Source: Lama guanicoe | Taxonomy: Eukaryota | DNA length: 64,000 nt | Direction of reading: 5' to 3' | NCBI GenBank assembly: GCA_013239625.1 | Contig: MU053881.1 | Location: 15,244,373-15,308,372, forward strand | Shown: positions 63,560 to 64,000 of the stretch, piece by piece | How the letters are laid out: each line of letters begins with the position of its first letter | Numbering within the stretch: the first letter of the stretch is position 1 | Program-made: the position numbers and the translations under genes | Notes under the pieces: model-generated | The model's input: the letters and a program-made list of their open reading frames with translations, nothing else | What the model was told of the DNA's origin: nothing | Database searches by the model: none

Positions 63560-64000
63560 CAGTGTGGAAGCATTGATGGAAAGAAAATCAAATGTAAGAG
63601 AAAGGAAGATGTGTTTGTGAATGCAGAAAATAGGAAGGAAGAGAAAGAAACTGCTAACAGCGGGGTCTTTGGGGAGGGAACCAGGATGTGGGTGGGGGTG
63701 GAGGCAGGACACCCTCAGCCTTCTTTCCACGTGTACATACATCAACTACTCAGAAATTAATATGATAACAGAACTCTCTTTTCAAAAAACACCGCTAGAT
63801 TTTTTTTAAAATTGAAGTCAAACACACATAAAATTTACCATTTTTAAGAGTACAGTTCAGCAATGTTGAAAGTACAGTGTTGTGCAACGGGTCTTCAGAA
63901 CTCTTCTCATCTGGCAAAACTGAAACTGTACCCATGAAACAACTCCCCATTCCCTCCTCCCCCAGCCCCTGGCACCCACCCTTCTACTTTCTCTATGAAT

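Overview
Mammalian genomic DNA, probably camelid, judging from about ten copies of a tRNA-derived SINE resembling camelid Vic-1. It carries two intact minus-strand genes. PGPEP1 has 5 coding exons (209 aa, CDS 60952->33763), a CpG-island promoter broken by a 98-N gap, and a likely poly(A) signal at 29293-29298. GDF15 has 2 coding exons (311 aa, CDS 3660->1303). The rest is mostly L1, LTR, DNA-transposon and SINE remnants. The most unusual structure is an old tandem duplication between the two genes. It left a degenerate GDF15 copy (promoter, exon 1, intron, start of exon 2; ~7860-10120) and a second copy of the PGPEP1 3' end/poly(A) region (~5635-6820) only 2.4 kb upstream of the functional GDF15 start codon. 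That second copy has a near-identical core inside diverged flanks, suggesting gene conversion. Smaller points of interest are an N-glycosylation sequon at the mature GDF15 N-terminus, an intronic C/EBP-ATF element kept in GDF15 but mutated in the pseudogene, and tandem in-frame splice donors on PGPEP1 exon 3. All alignments were done by eye, repeat family names are recognised from memory, and repeat boundaries are approximate unless target-site duplications (TSDs) are given.
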